Made by a program: the position numbers and the translations under genes. Shown here piece by piece: positions 36,741-48,654 of a DNA stretch of 64,000 nt (position 1 is the first letter of the stretch; every line of letters starts with the position of its first letter). The notes beneath the pieces are model-generated. The model had not been told where the DNA came from and did not search any database. It saw only the letters and a program-made list of their open reading frames with translations. The DNA comes from the human T2T-CHM13v2.0 reference genome, Homo sapiens, in the NCBI RefSeq assembly GCF_009914755.1, contig NC_060925.1, one strand, 5' to 3'.

Positions 36741-37699
36741 CTGTGGCTGGTGATGATGGCAGGTATGCGTCCTGCAACGGTAGAAGGCGAGAGAGGCAGG
36801 TATACCGAGGTCTTGGAGGAACACAGCCAGCTGTCAACTTCAGTCCTCACTCTGTGGCTGCCAACACAGTCTTTGAGGTCAGTAGAAAGAATCTAACACA
36901 CACTCCGTGGCTTTTCTTCCCAGAAACCTCCTTCTTTCAGCCCTGTCCCCCTCATGCCCAGGCATTCCTGTGGCCTCCCTCTCCCTGACTTTTGTTGAGA
37001 GATCGTGGTCCTTTGGGATCAACCCCGATGAGGCCTGGATTGCCCTGACCAGTGCTAGATTTAGGGAATCTTTTATCATACCTCACTTTGGGGTCAGCTT
37101 GGGATTCAAAGAACCAAAAGGTAGCAGAGGGATTTGAGAAATGCTTAAGGAGTGAAACTGTCATGACTTGGTGATGATGAAAGTTGGGGAGGCACCAGTG
37201 GGAAGAAGACTTTGGCTTGGTCTTTGTCTTGGCTAACCACTGCCCCTGGGTGAATTCTGGTGACATTGAAGGCTTTACCTGCCCATGGTCATAGCCGAAG
37301 GCCACAGGGCCAAGGTCTTCCTTTGATGCCCCTCCACACCCTCTGGTTCCCTCAGAGAGAAAGTTTCTTCCTCTGGCTTCCCATGAGAACTGGGCCCTTT
37401 CTCCGGCCCCAACCAGGCAGCGGGAGCTGATTCCCACATTCCAGCCTTAGGCTAAGGTCCTTCTGATATTGCAAAGATATCCCAGAACTGTGGGATCCCG
37501 AGCTGCAAATACCCCAGATGGCTGAAGCGCTCTTAACTGTACTACATTTAACAAATTCACTGGACTGCCCCCCTGCAGACCACACCACCACCCTGTGCTC
37601 GCCCTGGCCTTCCAGTGGCCGGCTGCTTGGCAGTCAGCCTGTGCCCTTCTGCTCCCACTGGAATGTGCAGCTCATCATGAAGGGTTGAATAAGACATGG

Positions 37700-38136
37700 G
37701 TCTCATTCAAAAGACCCCTCCAAAAAGATACAGTGAGCTCCTAACCCCTGGAACCTATAAATGGGACCGTACTTGGAAATAGGGTCTTTACAGATGCAAA
37801 CAAGTTAAGAAGGGTCCTACTGGATTAGAGCAGACCTTAATCCAATATATATGACTGGTGTCCTTATAAGAAGAGGGGAAGACACACACAGACAGCCGCA
37901 CACAAGGAGAAGGCCATGTGAGGGTGGAGATGGAGACCGGGGTGATGTTTTTACAGCCAAGAAACAGAAAGAATTGTGGTAGACGGACGTGGAACAGATT
38001 GCAGCCTCCGGAAGGAACCAACCCAGCAGTCCAGGGAACCTCTTCACTTGGACTTCTGGCATCTAGAACAAATATCTGTTGCTCTAAGCCTCCTGGTTAG
38101 TGGTACCTGTTAGGGCAGCCCCAGGAAGCTAATGCA
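37700..38136 (+). mobile_element. MLT1B/C-like LTR
   Basis: CCTAACCCCTGGAACCT...TTGGAAATAGGGTCTTTACAGATG...GACTGGTGTCCTTATAAGAAGAGG...GCAGCCCCAGGAAGCTAA. Confidence 0.82.
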
Positions 38137-38214
38137 CCAACCCAGAGTCCTCTGTGTTTTGTTCCCAAACCTGCTTATACCAGTGGCCTTTGTTATTGTA
38201 ATGAGGTAATTGAG

Positions 38215-38690
38215 TTAAACATTACATAAGCCCATCGCTCTAAGTATGAAAAGAGAGCTGCAGCTCTGAAAACTGCATCAACTGCTTTGGAAAGAATAGA
38301 TAAAGGTAAGTTCTTAAATCTATTGCAGTTGAATTAGGTTGGGCAAGTCAACCATGAAAGATCGGAAAATAAATCATATGAATCTAAAAGGATTCTAACC
38401 TCAGATTATTTTATATATGACTTCAAGTTCTCAGTCCACCCCAAAGAAACCTAAACTAGAAATGAAAGATTGAATATTACAAGTGTGTTTTATGAGAGGG
38501 AGAGAGAGATTGGAATTCCAATCAGGGGAACTGTGCTCAAAGAAAAGGGCTTTGCCTTATAGCAAATGACTAACAAAATGACATCGTGTTATATGTTTCA
38601 TGTTAAAACGAAAATATGTATGGCACCCATGTTGCATTTTTTTATCTTTCCCCACTTTGTCCAACTTTCACTTAACCAAATAACCCAGTT
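38215..38690 (+). mobile_element. Tigger (pogo/CENP-B-like) transposase fossil, possibly Tigger13a
   Basis: Disrupted translation RLGKSTMKDRK...KKPKLEMKD*IL...GIPIRGTVLKEKGFAL follows the pogo/Tigger N-terminal HTH layout. Confidence 0.7.
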
Positions 38691-39149
38691 ATGTCAGTTT
38701 AGAGGGTTTTTCTCAACATCCAAGCTCTTTCTCCAAAGTCTGGCTGCGCTTTGAAAAAAATCCTAAGCAAATGGAAGAGGGAAAAAAGATCTTAGATACT
38801 TGGCGTCTGTGTATTTGGCCACACTTGTGAGCACCCCATAGCTGTCCTCCAAATTCTACTTGCTATTATTATTTAATGATTCATTCACCAGTTACTGTCA
38901 TTTCCTGGCTATGGAGATTTCCTCCTCAGCTGCCAGTTCCCTGAAGGCAGGGCCCTATCGCATAGCTTGTTCACATAAGAGTCCTTCCCTGCACGGTGTT
39001 TGTAAACATAAGCTGACGCTTTTAGGCACCGTCCCAGGTTCCATCAACCACCTTCATCTCCCCTCTCTCTTGGTTAGTGTCCCCAGCATACTAAGTTGTC
39101 CCTCCAAGATAAAACTTGGATAAAATGTCACAATACAGAGTGATGGGTG

Positions 39150-39570
39150 GGTCTGGCTTCCCCTATAGCTGCTGGAGGAGCAATGACAGCATTCAAGGGA
39201 TCGTGGAAATTAGCTCCCAATGGAAAATAGGAGGCCAGAGGGACAGATAGGTCCCCACCCCTCCTCCTCTTCACAGACATCCCCAAGGTACCATCTCCCT
39301 TTACGAATCTTCCAGAGAAGGCACATGTTCTGAGCAAACACACCTGTTGGCTTCTTCGCGGCTCTTTCTCATGCCTGCTAGTTTCTCTGCGGCTCTTTGT
39401 GGAAGATGGAAGAGCAAGGTCACGCACCCCAGCACCAGCTCTGTACTTTCTCTTGCCTGGCCTCCATCTACCCCTCACTCACCACCTTGGGCTTGCACCT
39501 TCCAAATCCAGGATCCGCATTCGAACCCTTGCTTCAGGCTCTGCTTTCCAGGTGATGCAAAGACTCATGT
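39150..39570 (+). mobile_element. LTR16/LTR33-like ERVL LTR
   Basis: 3' end CCCTTGCTTCAGGCTCTGCTTTC is typical of LTR16/33; the rest is heavily diverged. Confidence 0.45.
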
Positions 39571-41515
39571 AAATGGTTTGATGGATGTTGCAGAGACAAA
39601 TGCAAGTGCTCAGCCAGGTCTCCAGCTCAAGAAACATCTCAGGAAGGAGTGAAAAGAGGTCACTGTGAGAGCAAATCCAGCTGGTGGTTATGAGAATGTG
39701 GAATATGGGGGTGATGGAGCTCCGCTTCTACTGACTCTTCGGAAGGTTCCCAGGAATCCACAGAGTCCCAGAGTCTTTAGGAAAAGAAGGATCTTGTGAG
39801 GTCATGTTGTCCAGTTCTCATCTGACAGAAAGAATCCATTCCACCATCCTAGAAACCCAAATACTCATCATGATCAAAAGCACTCCTGAAATCCAGGCAT
39901 CTCCACCCTACGGCATCTTTCTTTCTGTTGTGATTGAAGTTCTCCCCACTGTCCTCCTGACTCAGTCCCTCCTTATATGTTAAAGCCATGGTCACCAGCC
40001 TGTCCTTGGTTTCCATTACCTGGCACACTATGGCAAAGCCACTGCTCGTGGCCACCAGACAGGTCGAGGCAGGCACTGGGGCCAATCCCATTCCTTGTTA
40101 TGCCTGATGCCCTTCCGTGCCTGATGCCCCTCTGTCATCTCTTTGTTTGCACAGCTGTGACCTGCATTGTCTCCACTAACGACAGCGTCCTTAACCCGGA
40201 CAGTGACCCAGCAAGTGGCAGCCCACGCTCGCCGGCCGGGTCCAAGTTTTAAGTAAAGAAGCCATTTGTTCCCAGGCTCATTTTTATCAAGGCTCGTCTG
40301 TCTTTCCAAATTAAGGCTGAGTCATTTATAAAGCATGTGAGTGTTTGGATGTTAGCAGCAAACATTCATCCATTTTAGAATAAATGATTAAAAGGCACTC
40401 ATTAAATTCCTCTGTTGACTGATGCCAAGGCCCCGAGAACGGATTGGCCTGTTGGCTTCTGGCTGGCCTGACTGCCATCCCACCTACTGAGAACTCATGT
40501 ATACTCTGGAGAGAAAATTCCTGCTCGAGGGGACACCCTGATGGAAGATAACAGGAAGGATGGCACTCAGGCCTGTTCCCCCAATATTACAGCACAGTTA
40601 TCTACCTTCAGAGTGGCCGCACCCAACAGACTCTTGGTGAGTGGGAGGACAACCCCTTCTCCCCTCCAAAGATCTAGGGACAATGTGTGCCATTCCTTCC
40701 CATGGGCATGGGGAATGTTTAACTCAAAAGTCAAGGGAATAATTCAATAATGACTCAAAACTAAGTATTTCCAGTCCTGATAAGAATGGCACTCTGTGCC
40801 CAACTCCAGGAATACAAGAATTGGCAAGACTCTCCTGTGGCCCCTGCCCTGGAAGGTAGAAGGTAGAAGATCGTACACAGACAGGTAAACCAACTCCCGA
40901 ACAGAACTGGGAGCCTCGGACCACAGGCTCCGCCCCTTTGCTGGCCAGCAGGTGCAGAGGGAAGGAGCTTCTGCTGTCCTTGCCCCCAGCAAATGTCCAT
41001 CCTCACCACAAGGGAACAAACCATGCCCAATGCCTCATTGGGGGCACTGGCGCCCCTTGAATGTATCCTCTCTAGGATCCTTTGCCCCACCCACCTGTTT
41101 GCCATCTCCAAAGGTCCTTTCTTAATGTCTTTAATTTGGACGGCTCTGACAGCTCCCCACGGCTGGCCTGAGAAAATCGCACACTCCTCTGCATGCCATT
41201 TATCAGGTCACAGCATGAGTTTCCCGGGCCCTCCTTCCGCTAAAAAAACATTAAAACATATATATTACAATGGCATTGGTATAAACAGGAATCTATTGAT
41301 TTATATACTGAAAACATTTTTCCTCAACCTAAAAGTTCATGTGTTTCCTTTTGATTTTAAAAGCAATTAAAACATTTCGGGAGTCCTGAAATCACTGTGG
41401 GCCCGAGGCACTGAGCCACCATACCCGACACTGAAGGGGGTCTGGGTCAGTCCTCTCTGCAGCTGTCCAGCCGCAGGTTCCCCCTGGGAGCTGCCCTTCC
41501 AGGCCTCCCTGCCTG

Positions 41516-41537
41516 TGCTGCTGCTGCTGCTGCTGCT
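41516..41537. repeat. (TGC)7 trinucleotide repeat
   Basis: TGCTGCTGCTGCTGCTGCTGCT. Confidence 0.95.
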
Positions 41538-43309
41538 CCTGCACCCTCAATGCTGCCCCATCCTTCTCCGCCACGAAACGTCCTGCAAAGGTGTTAAGCC
41601 CTGGACCTAGTGTGATGCTCCCAGGCCCTGGAGGCAGCATCTGTGCATCTTCTTTGCCCTCTGCCACCACTCTGACCCCCTGCAAGCCCAGACAGATGAC
41701 GGTGTCTTCCTGACCAGGTGACAGGATCCTGCATTCCTCCCACAAACGTCTCCTGGGCACTGCCTGTGGGGATGCAGGAAGGATCTAATAAATGGCCTGG
41801 CCGATGCTTTGTATGTTCTGGAGACTCTTTGAAGTATTTTGTGTATGCTGTTTCGGTTCATCCCACACTGTAAAACCCCAAGGAGGTCCTTCTGATCGGA
41901 CATGAGTCACCACCAGGTACCTCAGTGGGTAATGACATCGCTGAGATGCCCACACAGGCATTCTAGGTCCAGGGTGGGTGCTCTGGCCCCTGCCCCGTCC
42001 TGCCTCTCACAACTGTCCTCTAAGACGGGAAGTATCACTCCCATTTTGGAAACAGGGAAATTAGGCTGATGAAGATCACACATTCACCTAGCAATGGAGC
42101 TGGGTTCAAGCCCAGGACGGTCGGAGGCCGGGCAAGCACGGTGGGTTCTGCTCAAGCAGTGATGAGTAGGCACTGTCGCATAGCGAGATGTCCCAACGTG
42201 CGACACGACCTGGCTGCCTCTCCCACACTTTAGGCTTTGGAGGCCTCGGGTCAGAGCCAGAGATCCATGTTCTTTGTGAGCACAGACAGTGGCTGCGAGG
42301 ACCAGGCTGGCCTCAGACACTAATGGGACTAGACAGTCAATTCAGCGCTGCACCCGGAGGCCCCGCCAGGAAGCTCTGCTGGGCACCTGCCTCGGGACGC
42401 TGAGCAAACATTATCTTTCCAACTGTGGTTCTGCTCACATGCTTGAGATGTCACCCTTATTGGTTCTCTGGGCGACGGCCTCCACCAAATGGGAGCTGAC
42501 GGGCAGTTGGTGGGGCGGGAAGACGCCAAGAGGCCCGCTGGCCCTGGTTCCGTGCCTCCCTCGCAGCATCTGCTCTCCTGCTAGGATTGCTCCCAGCCAT
42601 TCCAATCTGATTCATTGAAATGAAACCATTTCCACGGAATTTAATTTAAAGACTCGCCTGAAAACATTAGGGTTGATGCTGATGGAAGGTTTTTAGCCGA
42701 ACGCTGACATGAGATGGGAGAGGGAAACCAGAAATTCTCATTATTGGCTAATGTTCCTGGGGTCCCTGGGGTGAAGGAAGGCAGGGGGGCTTCCCCGGGG
42801 CCGTTGCAGGGTGTTCCTCTTAAAGGATGAAACCAGAGCGAGCACAGAAGTCTCGCTGCAAGTGCAGGCTCTGGTCACACGGCCATTTGCCAGCTGTGTC
42901 CTCGGCAAGGCCCTCCCGCTCGCTGAGCCTCAATTTCTTCGTCTCTGCTAAGTTAACATGTCCTTACTCCCAGGATGAGACGAGAGGGTGCTTGCCAGGC
43001 ACAAAGCACAGTGCTAGCCCAGAAAGTCCTCCCTGGAGTCAGTTCTTCTTTGTATTATTATTCCAAGTCCCAACATGGTTTAAGCTCAACATCACCCTTA
43101 AAAGAATCACTGGTTTTTAGCTTCGATTTTTAACACGAACCCAGCGACTGCTCCTTGCAAGGATGAAGTGACTTATGCGAGGCAAGACAGAGGGTAAGTG
43201 TCCCCGGGCCCGGCTCGTTATTAAGCAGGGAGCTCTCACCGTCCGGAGGTGCAGAGGGCTGGGGATGCTGCCCTGGCTGCCCTGCGCCGAGCCAACTCTG
43301 CATCAGGAG

Positions 43310-43460
43310 GCAGGTGCCGTTATCATCCCATTATTTACAGATGGGGAAACTGAGGCTCGGTGAAAGGTTATAATTTTCCAAGTCCATAGCATTCGTAAAA
43401 GTTGGATCCAGAACTTAAAACTGGACAGTTTGACCCCGGTGAGCCTGCTTTTACCACCTC
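43310..43460 (-). mobile_element. MIR
   Basis: ATCCCATTATTTACAGATGGGGAAACTGAGGCTC core. Confidence 0.75.
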
Positions 43461-43859
43461 CATTCTCCTGCGTGGCTCCTTCACCACAGCACTGCCGGCG
43501 TTTGTGGTTGGGTCATTCTTAGTCATGGGGACTGTCTTGTGCACCAGAACCATCGGACTTGGTTTGTAACCAACAGGCGTGGTCTACAGCTAGCAGACAC
43601 TGTCTGTAACCAGTGGGCTTGGTTTGCAGCCATTTATACAGTTTTCCCTCACTCCAGTCATGATTCACAGCACTGGGCAGGGAGAGCTTGATCCAGCGAC
43701 TGTAGGTTCCGTGGTTGTACCTAGATGATGTGAGAGGCCAGATCTTTGTATTATTATTCCAAGTGCCAACATAGTTTAAGTGGAAACCTCCAGGGCCCCT
43801 TTCAGCCTCCACTGCAGGAGGGCAGGGCTGCACACACACAGGGAAATAATTCCCATGGG

Positions 43860-44270
43860 GGGATTGTATTGTTTGCCTACAGTTTTGCCCTCCCTCCCCT
43901 CCCTGGCCACAGCTCTCCTGGGGATGGATACTCTGTCCATCCCACCCTTGTGGGCTTGGCTTTGTGACTTGCTTTGGTCCATGACATGGTGGCAGAACTA
44001 ACCAAGTGCCAGTTCTAAGCTGAGTCCTTCAGAGGCATTGCATGAGGCCACTTGTCCCTCTAACACCTCTGCCACCTGCCATGAAAGTGTCCTGCTCCAA
44101 AGTGCACTGAACCCAGAAGGACAGCCACATGGAGTCAACTCGAGCCTGACCCACACCTCCAGCAGAACCACCTGCAGACCACGAACAAGAAAATTCCGTG
44201 TTCACTGTTGTAAGCCTTTGAGATTTGGGGGGTTTTGTTAAGCAGCTTTATTACAAAAATATCTGACTAT
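43860..44270 (+). mobile_element. MLT1H/I-like LTR
   Basis: GTGACTTGCTTTGGTCCATG...GTGCCAGTTCTAAGC...TGTTGTAAGCCTTTGAGATTTGGGGG. Confidence 0.7.
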
Positions 44271-45042
44271 CCCTCCCCAGGGGAAATTTAGAAGAGGAAG
44301 AGAAGCTTCCCAGACAGAATCTCCCACACACGTCCTCTGCCCTCACAACTCACCGTCCCCAGAAGGTATTGCTGGTGACTATCATCAAAAAGAGTCACAT
44401 GGTGCAAAGCTGTTCACGCCCCTTCGATTCTCCGCAACCCTCCTGGCGGTGGCTCTGAGTGCTGCCGGCATTGTGACAGTGAATAAATGAAACCAAAACC
44501 TGTGCCCTTTCCTCTGCAAGCAGCTCCCTCTGTTGGCCTCAGACACCCTGGCCCGAGCCCCTTATCTTGTTCATGCTCCCTGGACACTGCTTGATGCTGA
44601 GGGAATGCAGCGGGCAAGCCTGAGTTCCACGGGAGATGAGAGGCCAGGCAGGTGCAGAGCAGAGGGCTTTGGAGCTGTGTGGCCACGACAGTGCAGAAGG
44701 GGAGGGTGGGCCCTCTGCCTGTTCACTCTGCCTGAGCAGGCATCACTGGGAGGGGTAACAAGGAGGAGGAGAAGCCAGTTCTGTCATCCCAGAGCCTCCA
44801 TGCTGCGTGAAGAAACAGCCCCACAACAGCAGAGCCCTCCAGGGTCCACTCCTCGCAACACTCACCACTGTAGGGTGGGCAGAGTCCCCATGTGCTCCAC
44901 CGCCACCTCGGGAGAGGTTCCCATGGGTGTGCATGAATGGACAACTGGGAGCATGCATCTCCAGGATGGGTGCAGACAGGCACCTCTGCAAGCCTCGATT
45001 CCAGGAGCAATAGAGAGGCAGGGTAGCTTCATTTACACCATG

Positions 45043-45395
45043 TGATATGGTTTGGCTTTGTATCCCCAACCCAAATCTCCTCTCTAATTGTAATTCCCAT
45101 GTGTTGAGGGAGGGAGGTGATTGGATCAGGGGGGCAGTTTCCCCCATGCAGTTCTCGTGTGAGTGAGTGAGTTCTCATGAGATCTGATAGTTTTATAAGA
45201 GGCTCTTGCCTCTTCACTTTCTCCTCTCTCCTGACGTCATGTAAGGCGTGCCTGCTTCGCCTTCTGCTATGATTGATTGTAAGTTTCCTGAGGCCTCTCA
45301 GCCACACGGAACTGTGAGCCAATTAAACCTCTTTCCTTTATAAATTACCCAGTCCCAGGTATTTCTTTATAGCAGTGTGAAAACAAACTAATACC
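45043..45395 (+). mobile_element. MSTA/THE1D-like solo LTR
   Basis: TGATATGGTTTGGCT...ATTAAACCTCTTTCCTTTATAAATTACCCAG...ACTAATAC; 5-bp TSD CCATG/CCGTG. Confidence 0.9.
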
Positions 45396-45404
45396 CCGTG
45401 TATC

Positions 45405-45705
45405 CGAAGATTCTAGGGAAGAAGACTTCCTCATCCATTCCTAGCTCCGGTGACTCTGGCAGTCCTTCGCTTGTGGCTGCATCACTCCCGTCTCTGCCTC
45501 CATCTTCCCACAGCCATCCCCCCTCTGTCTGTGCCTCTTCTTCTCTTCTCATAAGGACACTGATCCTATCTGAATGGAGTCCACCTTAATGCAGTATGAC
45601 CTCATCTTAACAAAGCACATCTGCAATGACTCTATTCTTAAATAAGGTACACTCTGAAGTTCTGGGTAGACATGAATTTCAGAAGGACATGATTCAACCT
45701 AGTGC
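45405..45705 (-). mobile_element. MLT1B/C-like LTR fragment
   Basis: CTTGTGGCTGCATCACTCC...CTCATAAGGACAC...GTATGACCTCATCTTAAC...ATCTGCAATGAC. Confidence 0.78.
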
Positions 45706-46684
45706 AGTGACCAACGGAACCAACAGGGGCTCCACTATTTGCAACTCAAAACAGCGTTATGGAGCCTCCAATTTAGCCCCAAATCACCTGCCAAAAGAGG
45801 TCCCAGCCACCTGGTTATTCTTCTTCCTGCATCCCTGGCCAACTGTGTTGCCCTGGGACTGCCTGGGACTTCACTGGGTTGGGGTACAGCAGTCCCTGGA
45901 GGTGGAGGCTTGTCGACTTTGCACTTTGAGTTGGAGAAATGGGCAGAGATATTTCCTGCCATTTATTCATCACAGAGGACTTGGGCAGGGTTTGTTTATC
46001 TCCAGAAAAGATGGATTGGAGAGTCTCTGTCCTCCACAGACTGAGGCAGGCAGTTTATCGCCAAGGAAAATGTCTGAGAAGCAAGGAGCTCGGGCCTTGG
46101 GGAGTTCCCTCATGTCATTCTCATGCCGGATAAGGTGCTCCTGTGTCCACCCTCCTACCTTGGTCCTTACTTACATGAGCCCAACTGGGAATGTGCTCCG
46201 TGATTCAGGTCCACTTAATTTCTAGAATGCTCAGGTAGAAACTAATCATTAAAAACATGTAAATTAATTTACCCCAGGAGCTTAATAGATTAGCCATCGA
46301 CTTTTTTCCTCCTTTTGGATTCTAACCTTTCACGGAAATTAATCACAAAGGGCTCAAAATAGCCACCGAGGATTAACATGCTCTGTTCAGTCTTGGTGAG
46401 TGGGAACTCAGGCCCAGCCCCTCAGAGAGGAGGAAGGATCCCCGCATCTTCACATTCCCTTTTCCCCTCCCAGCAGTCCTCTGTTGGATTCGATACAGCC
46501 ACCCCGGGAGTGGCTGGAAGCCCCTGGCCACCTGACTCTTCCTTCACAGCAGTTACCCAGGAGAAGGGAAAAAAAGGTCTGCCACTTGTGACATTGGCAG
46601 CCCGCACCCCACTGGGTGGAAAGGTCAGCCACACACATTGCAAAGAGGAGGGCCTTCTAGGGCACACAGAGACATCCCTGCACA

Positions 46685-46810
46685 TTCTTTCATTCATGTA
46701 TTCACTCTTGGAGCATTTATTGAGTACCTACAATATACCAGGACCTGCATGGGTGCTAAGCACATCTAGATCAACGAGATCCAGTCCCTGCCCTCAGGGG
46801 ACAAACACGG
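46685..46810 (-). mobile_element. L2 3' fragment
   Basis: TCATTCAT...CATTTATTGAGTACCTAC...CCCTGCCCTCAGGG. Confidence 0.7.
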
Positions 46811-47812
46811 AATCACAGGATCTCATCAGTGTGGCTGGAGCAACCACAGAGCATCCTGGGAGCCTGAGAAGGGAGGTGTGAAAACTGCCTGGAGCAGGCC
46901 TTGAGGGCTCCATGGAGGAAGGGACACTTTGAGCTTTTTCTTAAGCACTAGCAAGCATTTGCCAAGGGGAGGAGATGCTCTCCGGGAGGAATGGAGGACA
47001 AATATCATGACGGCTACAGGGACCCTGGGGCCAGCAGACCCGGGTTCAAAGCCAGATGCAGCCTCTGACCAGCTGTGTGATGACACCGTCATTGGGCAAG
47101 TCACTTGCCAATGTTGACGGAGGGTGGATTGTGGATTGTGCAGTAAGTGGAGCTCTTAAGGCTGCAGAAATGAACACGCCGGGTGAGGAACGGTGGGCAG
47201 AGAGATAAATGAATGAATTAATTAAAAAATGGATAGAAGGATGAGTCGGCTGCCTGGTGAGGAGTTCTGCCCTAGGAGTAGTCACAGGACATGGGAGGGA
47301 TGTTGGCTGCAGAGCGTGCTCAGATTTGCTGCTTAGAACTGCGTCCCCAGCAGCAGCCCTGAGGGGCTGAGTTGCCGCAGGACATAGCTGCAGAGCCCTG
47401 ACCACTTTTCTTCTCTAGGTTGGTGCCTTTGTCCACGGCTCTGCTGGGTGTGGTCTTCTGTCTTTGATCTGAGGCCCTTACGGCAGTGGTCCCCAGGTCT
47501 GCCCTCACAAAACTGACATCTGCCTGTGGACACTTTGGCTCCTGGATTCGTTTCCTTTGGCTGACATAACCCATCACCACACAGCGCTCCTGCAGAGGAC
47601 ACGTGCTGAGCATTTCCAGAAGAGAGGAGAATCAGCAGCAAGAACCATGGGTGTGCAGCATAGCCAGTAAGGGGGCACGAATGGTTTGATTTTGGAGATT
47701 AAAGGAAAGGGCAACTCTGGGACAAGTGTGATATACAAGTTCCAGGTTCAAATCTGTTTGCAAGTTCCTTCCATGACGGGACTGCCGCTGTACTTCTTTC
47801 ACACACACCTTG

Positions 47813-48654
47813 CAGCCAGCCCTCACCTGTGCAGCTAGTCCTTATCTCTGCAGTCAGACCCCATCTGTACAGTCAGCCCTCACCTGTCCAGCCAGCCCTT
47901 ACCTGTCCAGTCAGCCCTCACCTGTCCAGTCAGCCCTCACCTGTCCAGCCAGCCCTTACCTGCGCAGCTAGTCCTCACCTGTCCAGTCAGCCCTCACCTG
48001 TGCAGCTAGTCCTTATCTGTGCAGTCAGACCTCATCTGTACAGTCAGCCCTCACCTGTCCAGCCAGAACTCACCTGTGCAGCTAGTCCTCCCCTGTGCAG
48101 CTAGTCCTCACCTGTCCAGCCAGCCCTCACCTGTCCAGCCAGCCCTCACCTGCGCAGCTAGTCCTCACCTGTTGTCAGCCCTCACCTGTGCAGCTAGTCC
48201 TTATCTGTGCAGTCAGACCTCATCTGTACAGTCAGCTCTCACCTGTCCAGCCAGACCTCACCTGTGCAGCTAGTCCTCACCTGTGCAGCTAGTCTTCACC
48301 TGTCCAGCCAGACATCACCTGTCCAGCCAACCCACACCTGTGCAGCCAGACCTCACCTGTGTAGCCAGCCCTCACCTGTCCAGCCAGCCCTCATCTGTCC
48401 AGTCAGCCTTCACCTGTGCAGCTAGTCCTTATCTCTGCATTCAGAGCTCATCTGTACAGTCAGCCTTCACCTGTCCAGCCAGACCTCACCTGTGCAGCCA
48501 GCCTTCACCTGTCCAAGCAGCCCTCAGCTGTCCAGCCAACCCTCACCTGTGCAGTCAGTCCTCACCTGTCCACCCAGTTCTCACCTGTGCAGTCAGCCCT
48601 CACCTGTCCAGCCAGCCCTCACCTGTCTAGTCAGCCCCCACCTGTCCAGCCAGC
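47813..48654. repeat. 19-bp minisatellite, 44 units, consensus CAGYYAGYCCTCACCTGTS
   Basis: Units counted by hand. The 19-bp phase is kept throughout except one 17-bp unit at 48174. Confidence 0.97.

Noticed and set aside
41509-41560. Poly-Leu signal-peptide-like or poly-Gln frame at the (TGC)7 repeat
   Set aside because: No in-frame ATG after the upstream stop at 41368; the repeat is short and has no exon support.
45626-46225. 199-aa ORF
   Set aside because: Begins in an antisense MLT1 fragment and has no recognisable domain.
47813-48654. CRISPR-like array or repetitive protein (QPALTCPASPHLSSQPSPV)
   Set aside because: Units are contiguous with no unique spacers and no cas genes; the 19-bp unit rotates through the frames and hits TAG stops.
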